Position numbers and translations under genes: made by a program
In this document: positions 36,201 to 45,600 of the stretch, piece after piece
Position numbering within the stretch: the stretch's first letter is position 1
Layout of the letters: every line of letters starts with the position of its first letter
DNA from: Lama guanicoe
Lineage: Eukaryota
Assembly (NCBI GenBank): GCA_013239625.1
Contig: MU054466.1
Location: 496,001 to 560,000 of the forward strand
Reading direction: 5' to 3'
Length of the DNA stretch: 64,000 nt
The notes under the pieces: generated by a model
What the model saw: the letters and a program-made list of their open reading frames with translations, nothing else
Told to the model about the DNA's origin: nothing
The model's database searches: none

Positions 36201-37388
36201 CGCTGTCAGCAGGAGGACGTTAGACCCCCGGGCCAGGTGGGGGCTGAGCAGTGACCGGAGGAGGCATCCTTTTCAGAAAAGTGCAAGGAAACCGCTGGGG
36301 ATCTGTGTGGGTAGAATGAACCTCAACTTCTATAATACACACCCACGTCAAAAGCGACTCCGGATGGGTCATAGACCTCGCGGTAAAAGCTGCAACTGTA
36401 AAGTGAAACTCACGTGAAAAAACAGAGTTAAATCTATTCAAGACCTTGGGGTAGGACAGAGAAGAACACTGACCGGAAAACACTGTTCAGCTGGACTTGA
36501 TCAGAATGAAACACTTGTGCTCACCCAGGGATGCTGTCAGCACATGAGAAGGTACTTGCCACCCCTTCTGTGACGTGGGACCCACATCTGACAGACACAG
36601 CGATCCCAGCACGTCGATGATCAGAACCAAGGGCATGAGTGAAAACTGGGCAAATGGCTTAGACATTCCCCACAGAGAGATACAGGACGGTCACCACCAG
36701 TTGTCAGAAAAATGGAAATTAAAGGAGATACCATAACATTGTGAGTGTGAAATGAAATGAAAATCCAACCTCACAGAGCGACTGGAACCTCACACACGCT
36801 GGTGAGAAGGGAGGCCATCTGGCCGTTTCTCAGCCGTTCACTTACCCTAGAACCCAGCAAGCGTGCACCTACGTTTTACCCAAGAGACAAGGAAACACGG
36901 ATCCACACAGCCATTGGTGCAAGAATATTCATGGCACCTGTGTTGAGAGTCGCTCAGAACTGGAGGGGGAGGGGGGCCGCGGTGCAGCTCACAGGAGCAC
37001 TGCCGCCCACCAGCACAAAGGGGACCCTGACAGGCGGGCCCGGGCCCGGCAGGCGGACTGGTGGCCACAGGCGATGGCTCCCAGCTCTGCAGATGTGTCT
37101 GTCTGTCGGGGTTGTGTGTGTGAGCGGGGGGCCAGCGGCGGGGGTCTGGCGCCGCACCTGCTGCTTCCACCCCGGGGCGGGCAGCTTCGCTGTGCAGAAA
37201 TGACACTGCTGCTCTCTTCCCGGCCCACAGGCACTGTCGGCGTGCAGCTTCCCGGCCTCCAGGAGTACGGCGCCGTTGGGGGCTCCGTGCACCCCGCCTC
37301 GGCCGCCGTGTGGGCCTGCCAGCACTGCACCTTCATGAACCAGCCGGGCACCGGCCACTGCGAGATGTGCAGCCTCCCCCGGACCTAG
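216..37388 (+). CDS. NPLOC4: NPL4 homolog, VCP/p97-UFD1 ubiquitin-recognition cofactor; 5'-partial, join(216-296,4898-5010,8329-8505,9916-9964,10785-10879,12528-12651,13502-13681,16051-16137,18050-18121,18517-18643,22804-22964,29506-29577,32039-32134,33223-33339,34531-34633,37231-37388)
   Basis: 16 exons with AG/GT borders and consistent phases sum to 1812 nt; with a 15-nt exon 1 this gives 608 aa + stop. Translation runs from [16 protein letters not shown] through CRHGPxGKCVHC and VGWIFTDL to the NZF finger [20 protein letters not shown]. Confidence 0.98.
742..932. mobile_element. hAT-Charlie DNA transposon relic (MER58A-like)
   Basis: ctgagtagcttgacagaccatgtggcctgcaaaactgaaaatacttactg...ccttcacagaaagagtctgccaacc resembles the recalled MER58A consensus. 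Confidence 0.7.
1630..1890 (-). mobile_element. L1MB-like 3' end fragment
   Basis: cataaaatttgcc...tctccagactttcttcatcttcccaaacggaaactct...ctgctttctgtcttcatgaatttg matches an old L1 3'UTR in antisense. Confidence 0.7.
2270..2435 (+). mobile_element. L2 LINE fragment
   Basis: cagtcctagcttgattgacctctcagcagca encodes LIDLSAA, a relic of the RT motif LLDLSAAFD. Confidence 0.55.
2454..2595 (-). mobile_element. tRNA-Ala-derived SINE (camelid Vic-1 type)
   Basis: - strand ggggagggtatagctccgtggcagagcacatgcttagcatgcaggaggtccttggttcaatccccag: box A, AGC anticodon loop, box B, then an A/T-rich tail rather than a tRNA 3' end. Confidence 0.85.
2613..2880 (-). mobile_element. old L1M 3' fragment
   Basis: tttagttttgcctgttttggaacttaaaataaatggaa is typical of L1ME/MB 3'UTR in antisense. 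Confidence 0.5.
3465..3520 (+). mobile_element. severely 5'-truncated L1 tail
   Basis: gacacaacattgtaaaatgactataactcaattaaaaaa plus A-tract resembles the cetartiodactyl L1 3' terminus. Confidence 0.6.
4200..4690 (-). mobile_element. old L1M ORF1-region fragment
   Basis: T-rich; tctgctgataagcccacccaatgaatttt...ttattgtatttttcagttgtagaatttcc. Confidence 0.55.
4898..5010 (+). CDS. NPLOC4: NPLOC4 exon 3
   Basis: tttag|GTC...AA|gtaagt; [37 protein letters not shown]. Confidence 0.96.
5470..5614. mobile_element. second MER58A-like relic
   Basis: gctgagtgactgacagggactgtatggtctgcaaagg...ctttacagaaaaggtctgctagcccctg. Confidence 0.6.
8329..8505 (+). CDS. NPLOC4: NPLOC4 exon 4
   Basis: aacag|G...CT|gtgagt; [11 protein letters not shown]...[24 protein letters not shown]. 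Confidence 0.95.
9916..9964 (+). CDS. NPLOC4: NPLOC4 exon 5
   Basis: ctcag|G...GAG|gtgagt; [16 protein letters not shown] (zinc finger). Confidence 0.96.
10034..10149. repeat. 17-bp minisatellite, about 6.8 copies
   Basis: Unit ctgggtccctgc(att/tct)cc. Confidence 0.9.
10785..10879 (+). CDS. NPLOC4: NPLOC4 exon 6
   Basis: gacag|CCG...AA|gtaagc; [31 protein letters not shown]. Confidence 0.96.
11955..12015 (+). mobile_element. MIR core fragment
   Basis: ccattttgtgaacaggaaactggcagagggtgaagtaacttg. Confidence 0.55.
12528..12651 (+). CDS. NPLOC4: NPLOC4 exon 7
   Basis: ttcag|G...CAG|gtgaga; [41 protein letters not shown]. Confidence 0.96.
13502..13681 (+). CDS. NPLOC4: NPLOC4 exon 8
   Basis: tgcag|AAA...CAG|gtagct; [12 protein letters not shown]...[11 protein letters not shown]. 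Confidence 0.96.
13829..13937. repeat. (CA)n/(CAGACA)n compound microsatellite
   Basis: Directly visible. Confidence 0.9.
14330..14435 (+). mobile_element. L1ME-like 3' end
   Basis: ttcactgtag...actttgctgtatgtttgaaatttttcatttaaaaaa. Confidence 0.55.
16051..16137 (+). CDS. NPLOC4: NPLOC4 exon 9
   Basis: aacag|ATT...AAG|gtactg; [29 protein letters not shown]. Confidence 0.96.
16455..16560. repeat. 53-bp tandem duplication (2 copies)
   Basis: agatcctcctg(a/g)gtctgt..tcacgctgacc(g/a)ttctctgtcc(c/t)ccgca at 16455 and 16508. Confidence 0.85.
18050..18121 (+). CDS. NPLOC4: NPLOC4 exon 10
   Basis: tgcag|GTG...AAG|gtgaga; [24 protein letters not shown]. Confidence 0.96.
18517..18643 (+). CDS. NPLOC4: NPLOC4 exon 11
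   Basis: cttag|GAC...G|gtatac; [42 protein letters not shown]. Confidence 0.96.
22804..22964 (+). CDS. NPLOC4: NPLOC4 exon 12
   Basis: tgcag|GT...AAG|gtaaca; [21 protein letters not shown]...YVPDVFYK. Confidence 0.96.
24530..25090 (-). mobile_element. degraded L1 ORF2 fragment
   Basis: gtccacctggaattggcctacgtgtgtggtgtgaagtaggggtc and ttttcaaactgttggctgctgg resemble antisense L1 ORF2. Confidence 0.5.
28720..29040. promoter_or_regulatory. candidate conserved non-coding enhancer (PBX-HOX/MEIS motifs) in NPLOC4 intron 12
   Basis: AT-rich island with TGATTTATG(-), TGACAG(-), TGATTAATGA, TAATTG, TAATTA, TGACTCA. Confidence 0.5.
29506..29577 (+). CDS. NPLOC4: NPLOC4 exon 13
   Basis: ttcag|GAC...GAC|gtaagt; [24 protein letters not shown]. 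Confidence 0.96.
32039..32134 (+). CDS. NPLOC4: NPLOC4 exon 14
   Basis: attag|ATC...CAG|gtaagc; [32 protein letters not shown]. Confidence 0.96.
33223..33339 (+). CDS. NPLOC4: NPLOC4 exon 15
   Basis: tccag|GAC...CAG|gtgcgg; [39 protein letters not shown]. Confidence 0.96.
34531..34633 (+). CDS. NPLOC4: NPLOC4 exon 16
   Basis: tgtag|GAC...A|gtgagt; [34 protein letters not shown]. Confidence 0.96.
35930..36970 (+). mobile_element. degraded L1 ORF2 C-terminal fragment in NPLOC4 intron 16
   Basis: ggaagacagtacagttctaagatgtcagcttcccccaaattgat; gaccttggggtagg; aatattcatggcacctgtgttgagagtcgctcagaactgga. Confidence 0.7.
37231..37388 (+). CDS. NPLOC4: NPLOC4 exon 17 coding part (NZF ubiquitin-binding finger)
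   Basis: cacag|GC...TAG; [25 protein letters not shown]. Confidence 0.96.
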
Positions 37389-39515
37389 GGCTCCGCCCCC
37401 TGCTGGCGGGACTGGGCCCACCCCAGCCCTCTCTGAAGCCAGGATTGTAACCGTGCCCCACACCGGCAGCCATGCAGGTGGGGCGGGGGGCAGCTGCCCT
37501 GGGGTCTCTGGCCCACGAAGCTTCTCGGCACCAGACTTCCCTGGAGGGAGGGAGCCAGACTGGTGCTGTGCAGGCTGCAACCGGTCTCCTGGTGGGGGCA
37601 CGGCCCTGCCCTGCGCAGATGCAGCGCAGCAGCCCCCTGCTGCGGTCGAAGGACCAGGTGCCTCTCAGTCACCACCTGGAATCCGGGGGCGGGAGGGCTT
37701 TTGCCGCCATCCAGCTTTCTCTCCTTCTTTTTGGATGCTTTTTGTTCCTGCCCCTCCCATGTTTTCGGTTGGGAGCTCTTGGTGGCCTCTACCCTGTTGC
37801 TCTGGGGCAGACCTGTCCCCTCCCAGTAGCCATCGTCTGCCGGAAACGCGTGGCCACGGGCTCGCTGGCTTCCCGTCCGCTTGGTCTGCAGGCGAACCTG
37901 CTGCCCACCCTTCTCTGCTCTTACCCAGCGTCCAGGGGGATTTTAATGTCTGCATTGGTTGTAGTAACAGTTAGCGGCAATTCCTGCCCAGAAGACTTTT
38001 ATTTATTTTTTTTTCAGATAAAAACTACATCAAAAGGGCGTGAGAGAGACTAGTTTCCACTTCCTTCCCTCCAGTGAGGCCCTGCAAGTGTGTGCAGGGT
38101 GGGTGAGTGTGGACGGGGACCCATAGTCAGTCTCCTCGGAAGTAAACCTCAGTGCCTGAGACCTTTCCACCAAGCCGCACAGCTGGGACAGCTGTGGACA
38201 CAGGTGGTCCGAGCAGGAGCCTCGTGGTGGCTCCCACCAAGGAGGCAGCCCCTCCGGGCAGCCGATGCTGCTGACCAGGCCTGCGTGGGGTGAACCGGAC
38301 AGCCCAGGCAGGACCAGACGCTCCAGTCCCCTCTGCCCCATTCCTTCCTGTTGCCCGGCCCCGGCCCCGGCCCAGGCCTCTGGCTCAGTGACATGGTCAC
38401 GAGACAGGCCAGGTGAGGGAGCAGGCGCTTGGCCTGTTCTGAGGGCCGAGTGGGGCTGCTGTGGGGATCTGTAAAGGTTGACACCGGGCTGAGGTGTGGG
38501 CCCAGGCCAACCCTGGACAGAGGCTGTGGTCAGACCTTGCACGTGCCCTGGGGTCCCGGCGTTTCCCTCTGGCCGGCTACAGTCTGGCCCTTCCCCAGGG
38601 ATTTTGTGGACATCTGATGCCTCTTTGCCTTAACAAGAGCTGTATCTCTGAGCTGCATTGCATCCACCTGCAGGAGAGGCCAGCCCAGACACAGACTGCT
38701 TGGGGCCTGTATGTCTCTATCCTAGGGGCAGGAAGCAAGCCTGTGTGACCCTTCCTTACCTGCGAGCAGAGAACACCTGGGGGTGGCGTTCATCTGTGGC
38801 CAGGGCCAGTCTGGCACCTCCAGGTCCACTGGCGTGGGACACCAAGTGGCCGATGGGGTTGCATCTGGCTACGGTGGAGCTGTCTGTTCTGGGGGCAGGA
38901 GGGTGCGGAGCAGCCAGTCTGAAGCATTGGCTCCCCAGCTCACCTGCCGAGGAGCTGGGAAGACGGTCTGGTCGTGTTCCTGGCAGCTGCGCTGGCTGGA
39001 GCTCTGGCCCCGCGTTGTCTGCACCTGTGTTCAGATGTGAGGCTGCAGGGGATCCTGGGGAGCCGACCTCGGACTCCATGGCCCCCCGATTCTGTCCTCA
39101 CTCCCGTCTTCATCCACCGAGCTAGTTTCCTTTTCTCCAACCGTATTCTGCTCACTCTGGAGTTCTGGCATCTGCATAGTTTGTTTTCTTTTGTCTTTTA
39201 GCTAAACAAAAAGTGTTGTGATTTCTCTGCTTCTGGTTTTGAGTCACTCTTTGTTCAGTATTGCACTTTATTTTATTGTCCAAAGAGAGTCGGAGCTCAG
39301 CAGAAGTGGGGGGCCTTGCCAGCTGCCTCAGGCACAGGGGAGAGGCCCCCAGCGCCACCTGCATCCTGCCAGCCCGAGGAGCACTGTAACCCAGTGAGGG
39401 TGACTAGGATCCCGGCCTGCGCCCACCAGGCTTCTGGTGCTCCCGCTTGGGGCTTCCAGGTGTGGCTGTGGGGGTTGCAGCAGCATCGCCTGGACCCCAG
39501 CCCTCAGGTGGAACC

Positions 39516-39521
39516 AATAAA
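39516..39521 (+). terminator. probable NPLOC4 polyadenylation signal AATAAA (3'UTR about 2.1 kb)
   Basis: First AATAAA I find after the stop codon, followed by a GU/U-rich stretch (ctgtttgtcc). Confidence 0.7.
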
Positions 39522-40699
39522 AGCGCCTGAAGCGCTGCCAGCTCCCTGTTTGTCCTTCCTGCACCCGAGACCGCTCCCTGCCCGGAGCCTTGCTGCGCCT
39601 ACTTTGCCCGGTGACTTGACGACGCCCTCCACATGGCGCTGTCCTCCGCTGACATGCGTGGATTGTTGGAGGGTAGAGACCCCACGCCTCTGCCCAGGCT
39701 CCTCGGCCCTGGGCCCCAGGGGGACGTCCACGGCGAGAGCAGAGCCCGGTTCCTCTGGGCCCCTTCTGCCCCTTTCTCACCTGTCAGCCAGGTTGCTGCT
39801 CCCGGCCTCTGCCAGATGGGTCAGGTCCGCTCAGCCAGGAAGGATGAGGCCCGGAAGCCCTCGGGTTGCACAGGTGCGGAGGCGGGGTGGGAGCAGTGGA
39901 GCCATAAGTACTGGTCATGTGACAGCCAGGAGGCGTCCCTCTGGTGTCAAGGGGTCAGCTTTCACACCCACCTTTCAGCCCACTCTGTCCTCTGGCCCCT
40001 GACTCGTTCTTCGATCAAGTACATAGCAGCGCCTGCTGATGTCCACGGGGCCCTGGGGTGAGGCAGGCCTGGCCTAGCTTCTGGATGAGGGTGGGCAGGC
40101 CCTCAGCGGCCAGCTCCAGTCCTGTCCCTGAGCTGGCCTGCGTTTACCAGCAGTACCCTGCCCTCTGCGGCTCAGGCTGCTGACTTGCTGGTTCTGTGAA
40201 GTGATGAGGTTCTGGAACAGCCCCCACCAAATCAAACAAATGGAATATGCTGCTTGGAAACAACTCGGGGTTCTGCCACCCCCTTTCCTGGCACACTGAA
40301 CATGTTGGTGGGCCTTGCTACCTGCAAAGCACATGACAGTCTGTGGCTTCCCTACATGAGCTGTGTCCTGTCCCCCCCACACCTGCCCCATGCACTCTCG
40401 TGGTAATTTGTCCTTGGGAAGATGACAGCCTCCACGTGTGGCGTGGAGACCACAGATTATCAGCACCACGCTCTGCTGTCTCGCAGGCCTCCACCAACAC
40501 AAGGGGTCCCGTCATTCCATTTCACCCCTGAACCGTCTAAGCCCTTTGCTCATGTCTGTAATCTCCAGGGCCTCCTCACTGTTTAGATGGACTGTTGATG
40601 GTCACAACTTCCTGTATCACTGAGTGTGGGACTTGCCTGGGCTTGGGGCCAGGAGCCTGTGAGTCCGTCTGAGCAGAAGGGAGTGGACAGAGGAGTGAC

Positions 40700-41600
40700 C
40701 AATGTAACAGTGCCTGGCCAGTCAGGGCTGAACCTGGGAGGTGAGGCCTGCCCAGTTCAGCCCACCTCCTCCCAGCTCCCTTCCCCACGTGGTCATTTCC
40801 TCCAGGACATTTCCGGTGTAGTTCTGTTGGTGTCAGAAAACAGTCTGGCAGGACCTGATGGGAATCAGTGTGGGTGTGTGTCCCACGAGGACCGGTGGTC
40901 AGAAGGCCAGCCGAGAACACCCGTGCCCTCGGGGACTTTGGAGGGGTGTCTCGACAGGAGAGTGTCCTCACTCCCGACTGATTCCAAAGGCCAAGTGGAA
41001 GCTGGTCTCAGGGCAAAGGACAGACTGCAAATGCCGCACTCGTTCCGGTCCAACCCAGAAACACTGGGACAGTGGCTGTCCCTTGCCCTGGGGTTGAGTG
41101 CCCACCTCACCTTCAACCACTGTGCTAGTGGTTGCGTTTTGGAAGGTACACCAACCTTGGTGAGGTGAGCTTAACACCCAAGCCCAGAAAACACTTGGCA
41201 GCAGGGCCCCTTCAACTTGTCTGTCCAGCCACGACCTCCAGAGGCCGCTTCTGTTCACAGGTGTCTGGCCTTGGCGATTTTCTCATTGGTGTCTTACAGG
41301 AGAGGGACGTAACAGACCAGCCTGCAGGCCCCTTTCAGGGGTCTCGGAGTCTCTCGTCCGGAGAGCTCTTGGCCCCCCTCTGGTCAGCACCAGTCTCCAG
41401 AGCCTTGGAGGGCAGGGATGGAAGCAGCCAAGATGAGGGAGCAGAGGCATCCTGGCCTGGCTTCACCCTGACCCCCAGGCTAACTGCTGGTGAGCTGGCC
41501 CCCTTCCTGAGGCCCAGCCAGTCATTTTCTTTGTGGTCCTCTGCCCTCAACCCAGAATTCCTCTTGCTGACTCTGTCCCCATTGTCCAGTCAAACCAGCA
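40700..41600 (+). mobile_element. ancient ERVL-class pro/pol relic
   Basis: gtggtcatttcc (VVIS), aaaggccaagtggaagc (KAKWK) and ccttggcgattttctcattggtgtc (DLANAFFSIPV-like) occur in the expected order. Confidence 0.45.
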
Positions 41601-42130
41601 CACTCACGGACAGCTGGTGTTCAGGCATAAAGGGAGGGACACACCTGTCCGCGTTAGGCTCAAACACTGCATGTCCTGGCGACGGTGTAGGCGTGGGGTG
41701 GCCCAGCAGCGCAGAGGAAGGAGACCCGCCTCTAGGCCGAGAGCCCCTCGGCCGTGGAAATGGCCAGACCAGACACTGCCCGCCCCGCTCCCGGACTTCG
41801 CGGGTCCAGCCCCTCCCCCAAGCCCTTAGCAAGTCGCTTCAGGAGCGGGCCGCTCGCTAGGAGGAGATGCGCTCTGACGGGCCCCCGCCCGGGGGGAGCC
41901 CGGGTACTGGCTCGGGTCCCAGACCGGCCCGACCCTGGGGCGCGCGAGGGGGTCCGGTGGAGCCCGAGGGCCCCCGCACGGCGGTGGGGGGCTGCGGCTG
42001 CCCCGCAGGGAGCCCCCAGGAAGGCGCCTCGGGCGAGCGGCGAGGCCAGGACCTCGGGCTTCCCGCCTTTGGCGTGAAACACGCTGGCCCTTTGCCAAGC
42101 CGCCGAGCCCACCAGCTTCCCCGCCGCGCT

Positions 42131-42329
42131 CGGCCCGGCCCCGCCCCTGCCGCGCCGCTTCGCTTNNNNNNNNNNNNNNNNNNNNNNNNNNNNNNNNNNN
42201 NNNNNNNNNNNNNNNNNNNNNNNNNNNNNNNNNNNNNNNNNNNNNNNNNNNNNNNNNNNNNNNNGCGGCCCGGCCCCGCCCCTGCCGCGCCGCTTTACGG
42301 CCCGGCCCCGCCCCTGCCGCGCCGCTTTA
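42131..42329. repeat. 32-bp GC-rich tandem repeat spanning the gap
   Basis: Unit cggcccggccccgcccctgccgcgccgcttta at 42266-42297 and 42298-42329, plus 30 nt of it at 42131-42160. Confidence 0.9.
42166..42264. other. assembly gap (99 N)
   Basis: Run of n. Confidence 0.99.
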
Positions 42330-42459
42330 CGGCGGAGGCCGCGAGGCGACCTGGGCCGCCGTAAAGCGCCCCGCCCCCGGCGCCGGCGCCGGCGCCGCGA
42401 GGCCGACCCCGTTCCCGCGGCCGGGCTCCCCGCCTGCCCCGCGCCCCGCGCCCCGCGCC

Positions 42460-42624
42460 ATGGCTAGCCGCGCGCCGCGGGTCGAATACTTGGCGGGCTT
42501 CCGCTGCCCGCTCGGGGGCCTGGCGGCGGGCAAGCCCCGCGTGCTGTGCCACGGGGCGGAGGTCTTCCTGTCCACCGGGAGCGAGCTGGTCTACGTCTAC
42601 GACCAGGAGGGGCGGCTGCTGACC
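42460..42624 (+). CDS. FAAP100: FAAP100 exon 1 coding part
   Basis: Kozak gccATGG; ends ACC|gtgagc. Confidence 0.95.
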
Positions 42625-45600
42625 GTGAGCGCGGGGCGGGGGCCTCCAGAGGGACGGGCCCGGGTTTGCACAGAGGGGTCCGCGCGTTCGGGGAGTTTGT
42701 CCTCCGCCTCCCCCGGCCCCCCGCCTCCGGCCTGACGCTGCCTTCTCCCTGGACGTCCAGGCCGTGTACAAGTTTCCCGGTCAGGTGTGGCACCTGGAGC
42801 TCCTGGCCCTTCGTAGGGCGCTCTACGTTTTGTGCGCCCAGAGCGGCATCTATTGCTTGTCCTTGGACCAGGCGGGCAGGTGAGGAGTGGTCGCTGGGCA
42901 GCCTGCTTTGGGAGGGTCCACACTGGCCTCCCCGTGGCTGAGGCTGACCTGGCCTCATACGGGCTTCTCACTGCATCTGACAGGTGCTTCCTGCTTTGCC
43001 TCTTCACTCCCTGCCCCTGTGACCTATGTTACCCCTGGACTGCATTCAGAGTGAGCACTCACTGGCCCTTGCAGGTGGGGACAGTGGGCTCAGGGCCAGC
43101 TCTGGAGTCTGGAGTGCTCGTGCCCCCTGCCCCATTGTCCTCTAGCAGGCTGCTGCTTACAGAGAATCTTCAGTAAACGGGGTCCAGGCAGCTGAGTCTG
43201 CAGCCCTTGAGCCTTGGTGGGGGTCTGTGAACCGTGAGTCAGTGCTCAGAGGACCCGGCCCCTAGCACCAGCGCAGAGCCTAGACGTGACATCTGCTCAT
43301 TGCTGGTTTAGAGGATAAGAAGTTAGCAGGTGCGGTTCCCAGCTGAGGCCTCAGGGTCCAGCAGTCCTGCACTGATGAGGATTTTCTGAGCCCTGTTTCT
43401 GGAAGCCCTGTGACATGCGTGTCCCTGGATGACCGAGTGGGGCAGAGCCGTCCCCGCAGCAGGTGGGGGGCACTGTGGCATGCTAGCTGCTCCCTGATGA
43501 GCCTCTCCCACACCGCTGAGGGTCACTGAGGTCACTCCCTGTGAAGACCCCAGACCTGTCATGCTCAGCGGCAGGTAGTTGTGAAGAGAGCTGGTGAGGG
43601 TTAGTGCTGTGACCGTGGTTCCCTGTATTCTTGAAGGTCCGTGAGCCAGGATGGTGGGGACGGCGGGGATAGCCAGGGCACTGAGGACGAGCAGGACGGG
43701 TCGCCTCCCTCCCCCGTCATCCCCGTGGACCCAGGTGCCTGTGTCCTGCCTGACGCCACGCTGTGCGCCTTCACCATCCTCGATGACGTCCTCGTCACCC
43801 TGGCACAGGGCCCCACCCAGTGGAAGGTGCAGCTGTTCGAACGGCCCTGTCCCGGGGAGGACCCCAGGCCCGGGGGCCAGATTGGCGAGGTGCACTTGTC
43901 CAGCTGCACCCCCACTGCTGGGAGCCCAGGAGAGCCCACAGCCCCCCGCTTCCTCCCTGTACTGTGCTGTGCATCACCGCCGGGCTCCAGGGCCCCGCAC
44001 AGCTCCCGGGGCTTTGCCCTCGAGGGCGCCCTCTTTGGGCTGCTCTTTGGGGCTGGTGCCGCCCTCCTAGAGTCGCCCGCGATCCTCTGCGGTCTCCCTG
44101 ATGGCCAGCTCTGCTGTGTGGTCCTGCGGACCCTGGTCACCTCCAGGTCGGCCCCGGGCGACCCCAAGGCCCTTGTCAAGATCCTCCACCACCTGGAGGA
44201 GCCTGTTGTCTTCATCGGGGCCTTGAGAACGGAGCCGCTGGCCGAGGATGTGGAGGACGAGCATTCCGACTGCCTGGTGGTGCTCGGTCACCACGGCCGG
44301 ACGCTAGCCATCAAGGCCAGCTGGAATGAGGCGGGGCATCTGGCGCCAGAGCTGCGGGAGTACCGCCTCCCGGGGCCCGTGCTCTGTGCAGCCTGTGGTG
44401 GGCACAGCCGTCTGTACCTCAGCAGCCCCTCAGACCTCTGTGTGGTGGACCTGGCCCGGGGAGGCTCCCCCTGGGACCCCGCACAGCCCGATGGGGCCCT
44501 AGGAGGCCTGCCCTCTCTGTTGTGTCCCACCAGCTTGAGCATCTGCAGCGTCGTCACCCTCTCTGTGTCATCCAGGACACCTGAAGGTACGAGCCTCAGC
44601 TTTAACCTGAAAACCACAGCCCCAGGGTGGGTGGACCCTCTGCTCTGGTGTCCTTTCTCTGCCTCACCCATGTCCTCCATAACCCTGCCCGGCAGGCCTA
44701 CCCTCACTTGACACAGCTCCTTGTCATGGGATCCTGTGTGTCCTGCGTGTCCCGCGTGGGTTGTGGGGGTTAGGGCGCTGCCTGCCTGGGTGGGGTCTGC
44801 ACCTGGGCGGCCCAGGGCAAGTGTGTCTCCATGATGGGCCTCCCACGGCAGGTAGTCCAGGGGAAATTCAAGTCGGTTCAGGTTAGGTCTTTACCTTTCT
44901 TTTGAAGGGATAAAATTTACTGTGTGGCCTCCAGTGAGCCCACCCTGCACTGAAGATGGGCATCCCCAAGCTCTCGTGTGTGTGTTTTCCCTGGACAAGG
45001 CCGGAGAGGGTTTCACCCATGTTTGTCCAATGCCAGGGGTGGGGGGTAGATAGATGCCCCCCACCAGGGGATATTCCCGTTAAGACGGCCCACGAGCGCA
45101 TCGTAGGTCTTGCTGTGGACCAGACTTGAAGGGGAAAGGCTGTTGTCTCTACTGCAGGGAGAGGGCCCCTCCTCTGGCCTGGCTCAGGGACATGGGAACC
45201 AGCAGGTGGCAGGAGGTGGAGCCGGTTTCCCGGGGAGCTTCCTGGTAGCCCAGGAGCAGAAAAGGGGGCAGAACTGGTAGCTTCCAGAAAAGCCCCAGGG
45301 AGAGCCGGCCAGACCGTGGAGGAGGCCAGGGCCTGCGTGGCGCCTGCCTCTCTTAGGAAATCTCGGAGCAGCTGTGCTCTGGAGGGCCTATTAGAGGGGG
45401 GCACCCCCGGCTGATGTGGTCGCCCCGTTTAGTCTCGTCCACGTACAAGGAGCCGCCTCTGCCTTGCTGACACCGCCTCCCGGGGACAGCCCTTTCCGAC
45501 GTGTGCACTGGATGAACACGGCAGTGAACACGGCTCTGCCCGGCCCAGGGCACGGCCCGCGCTCTCCTCACCTGGCACTGTTGTTCTGCCAGCGCTCATC

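Larger units (their letters stand above)
41680..42860. promoter_or_regulatory. FAAP100 CpG-island promoter with GC boxes and E2F-like sites
   Basis: Very CpG-dense; multiple CCCCGCCCC; TTCCCGCC (42060-42067) abutting TTTGGCG (42068-42074); covers exons 1-2. Confidence 0.85.

Noticed and set aside
24530-36970. Oppositely oriented L1 ORF2 relics flanking NPLOC4 exons 13-16 as a circRNA-promoting pair
   Set aside because: Both too diverged for credible long base pairing
43641-44300. Indels in FAAP100 exon 3 relative to the recalled human protein
   Set aside because: In-frame changes in variable loops; ordinary divergence, no sign of pseudogenisation
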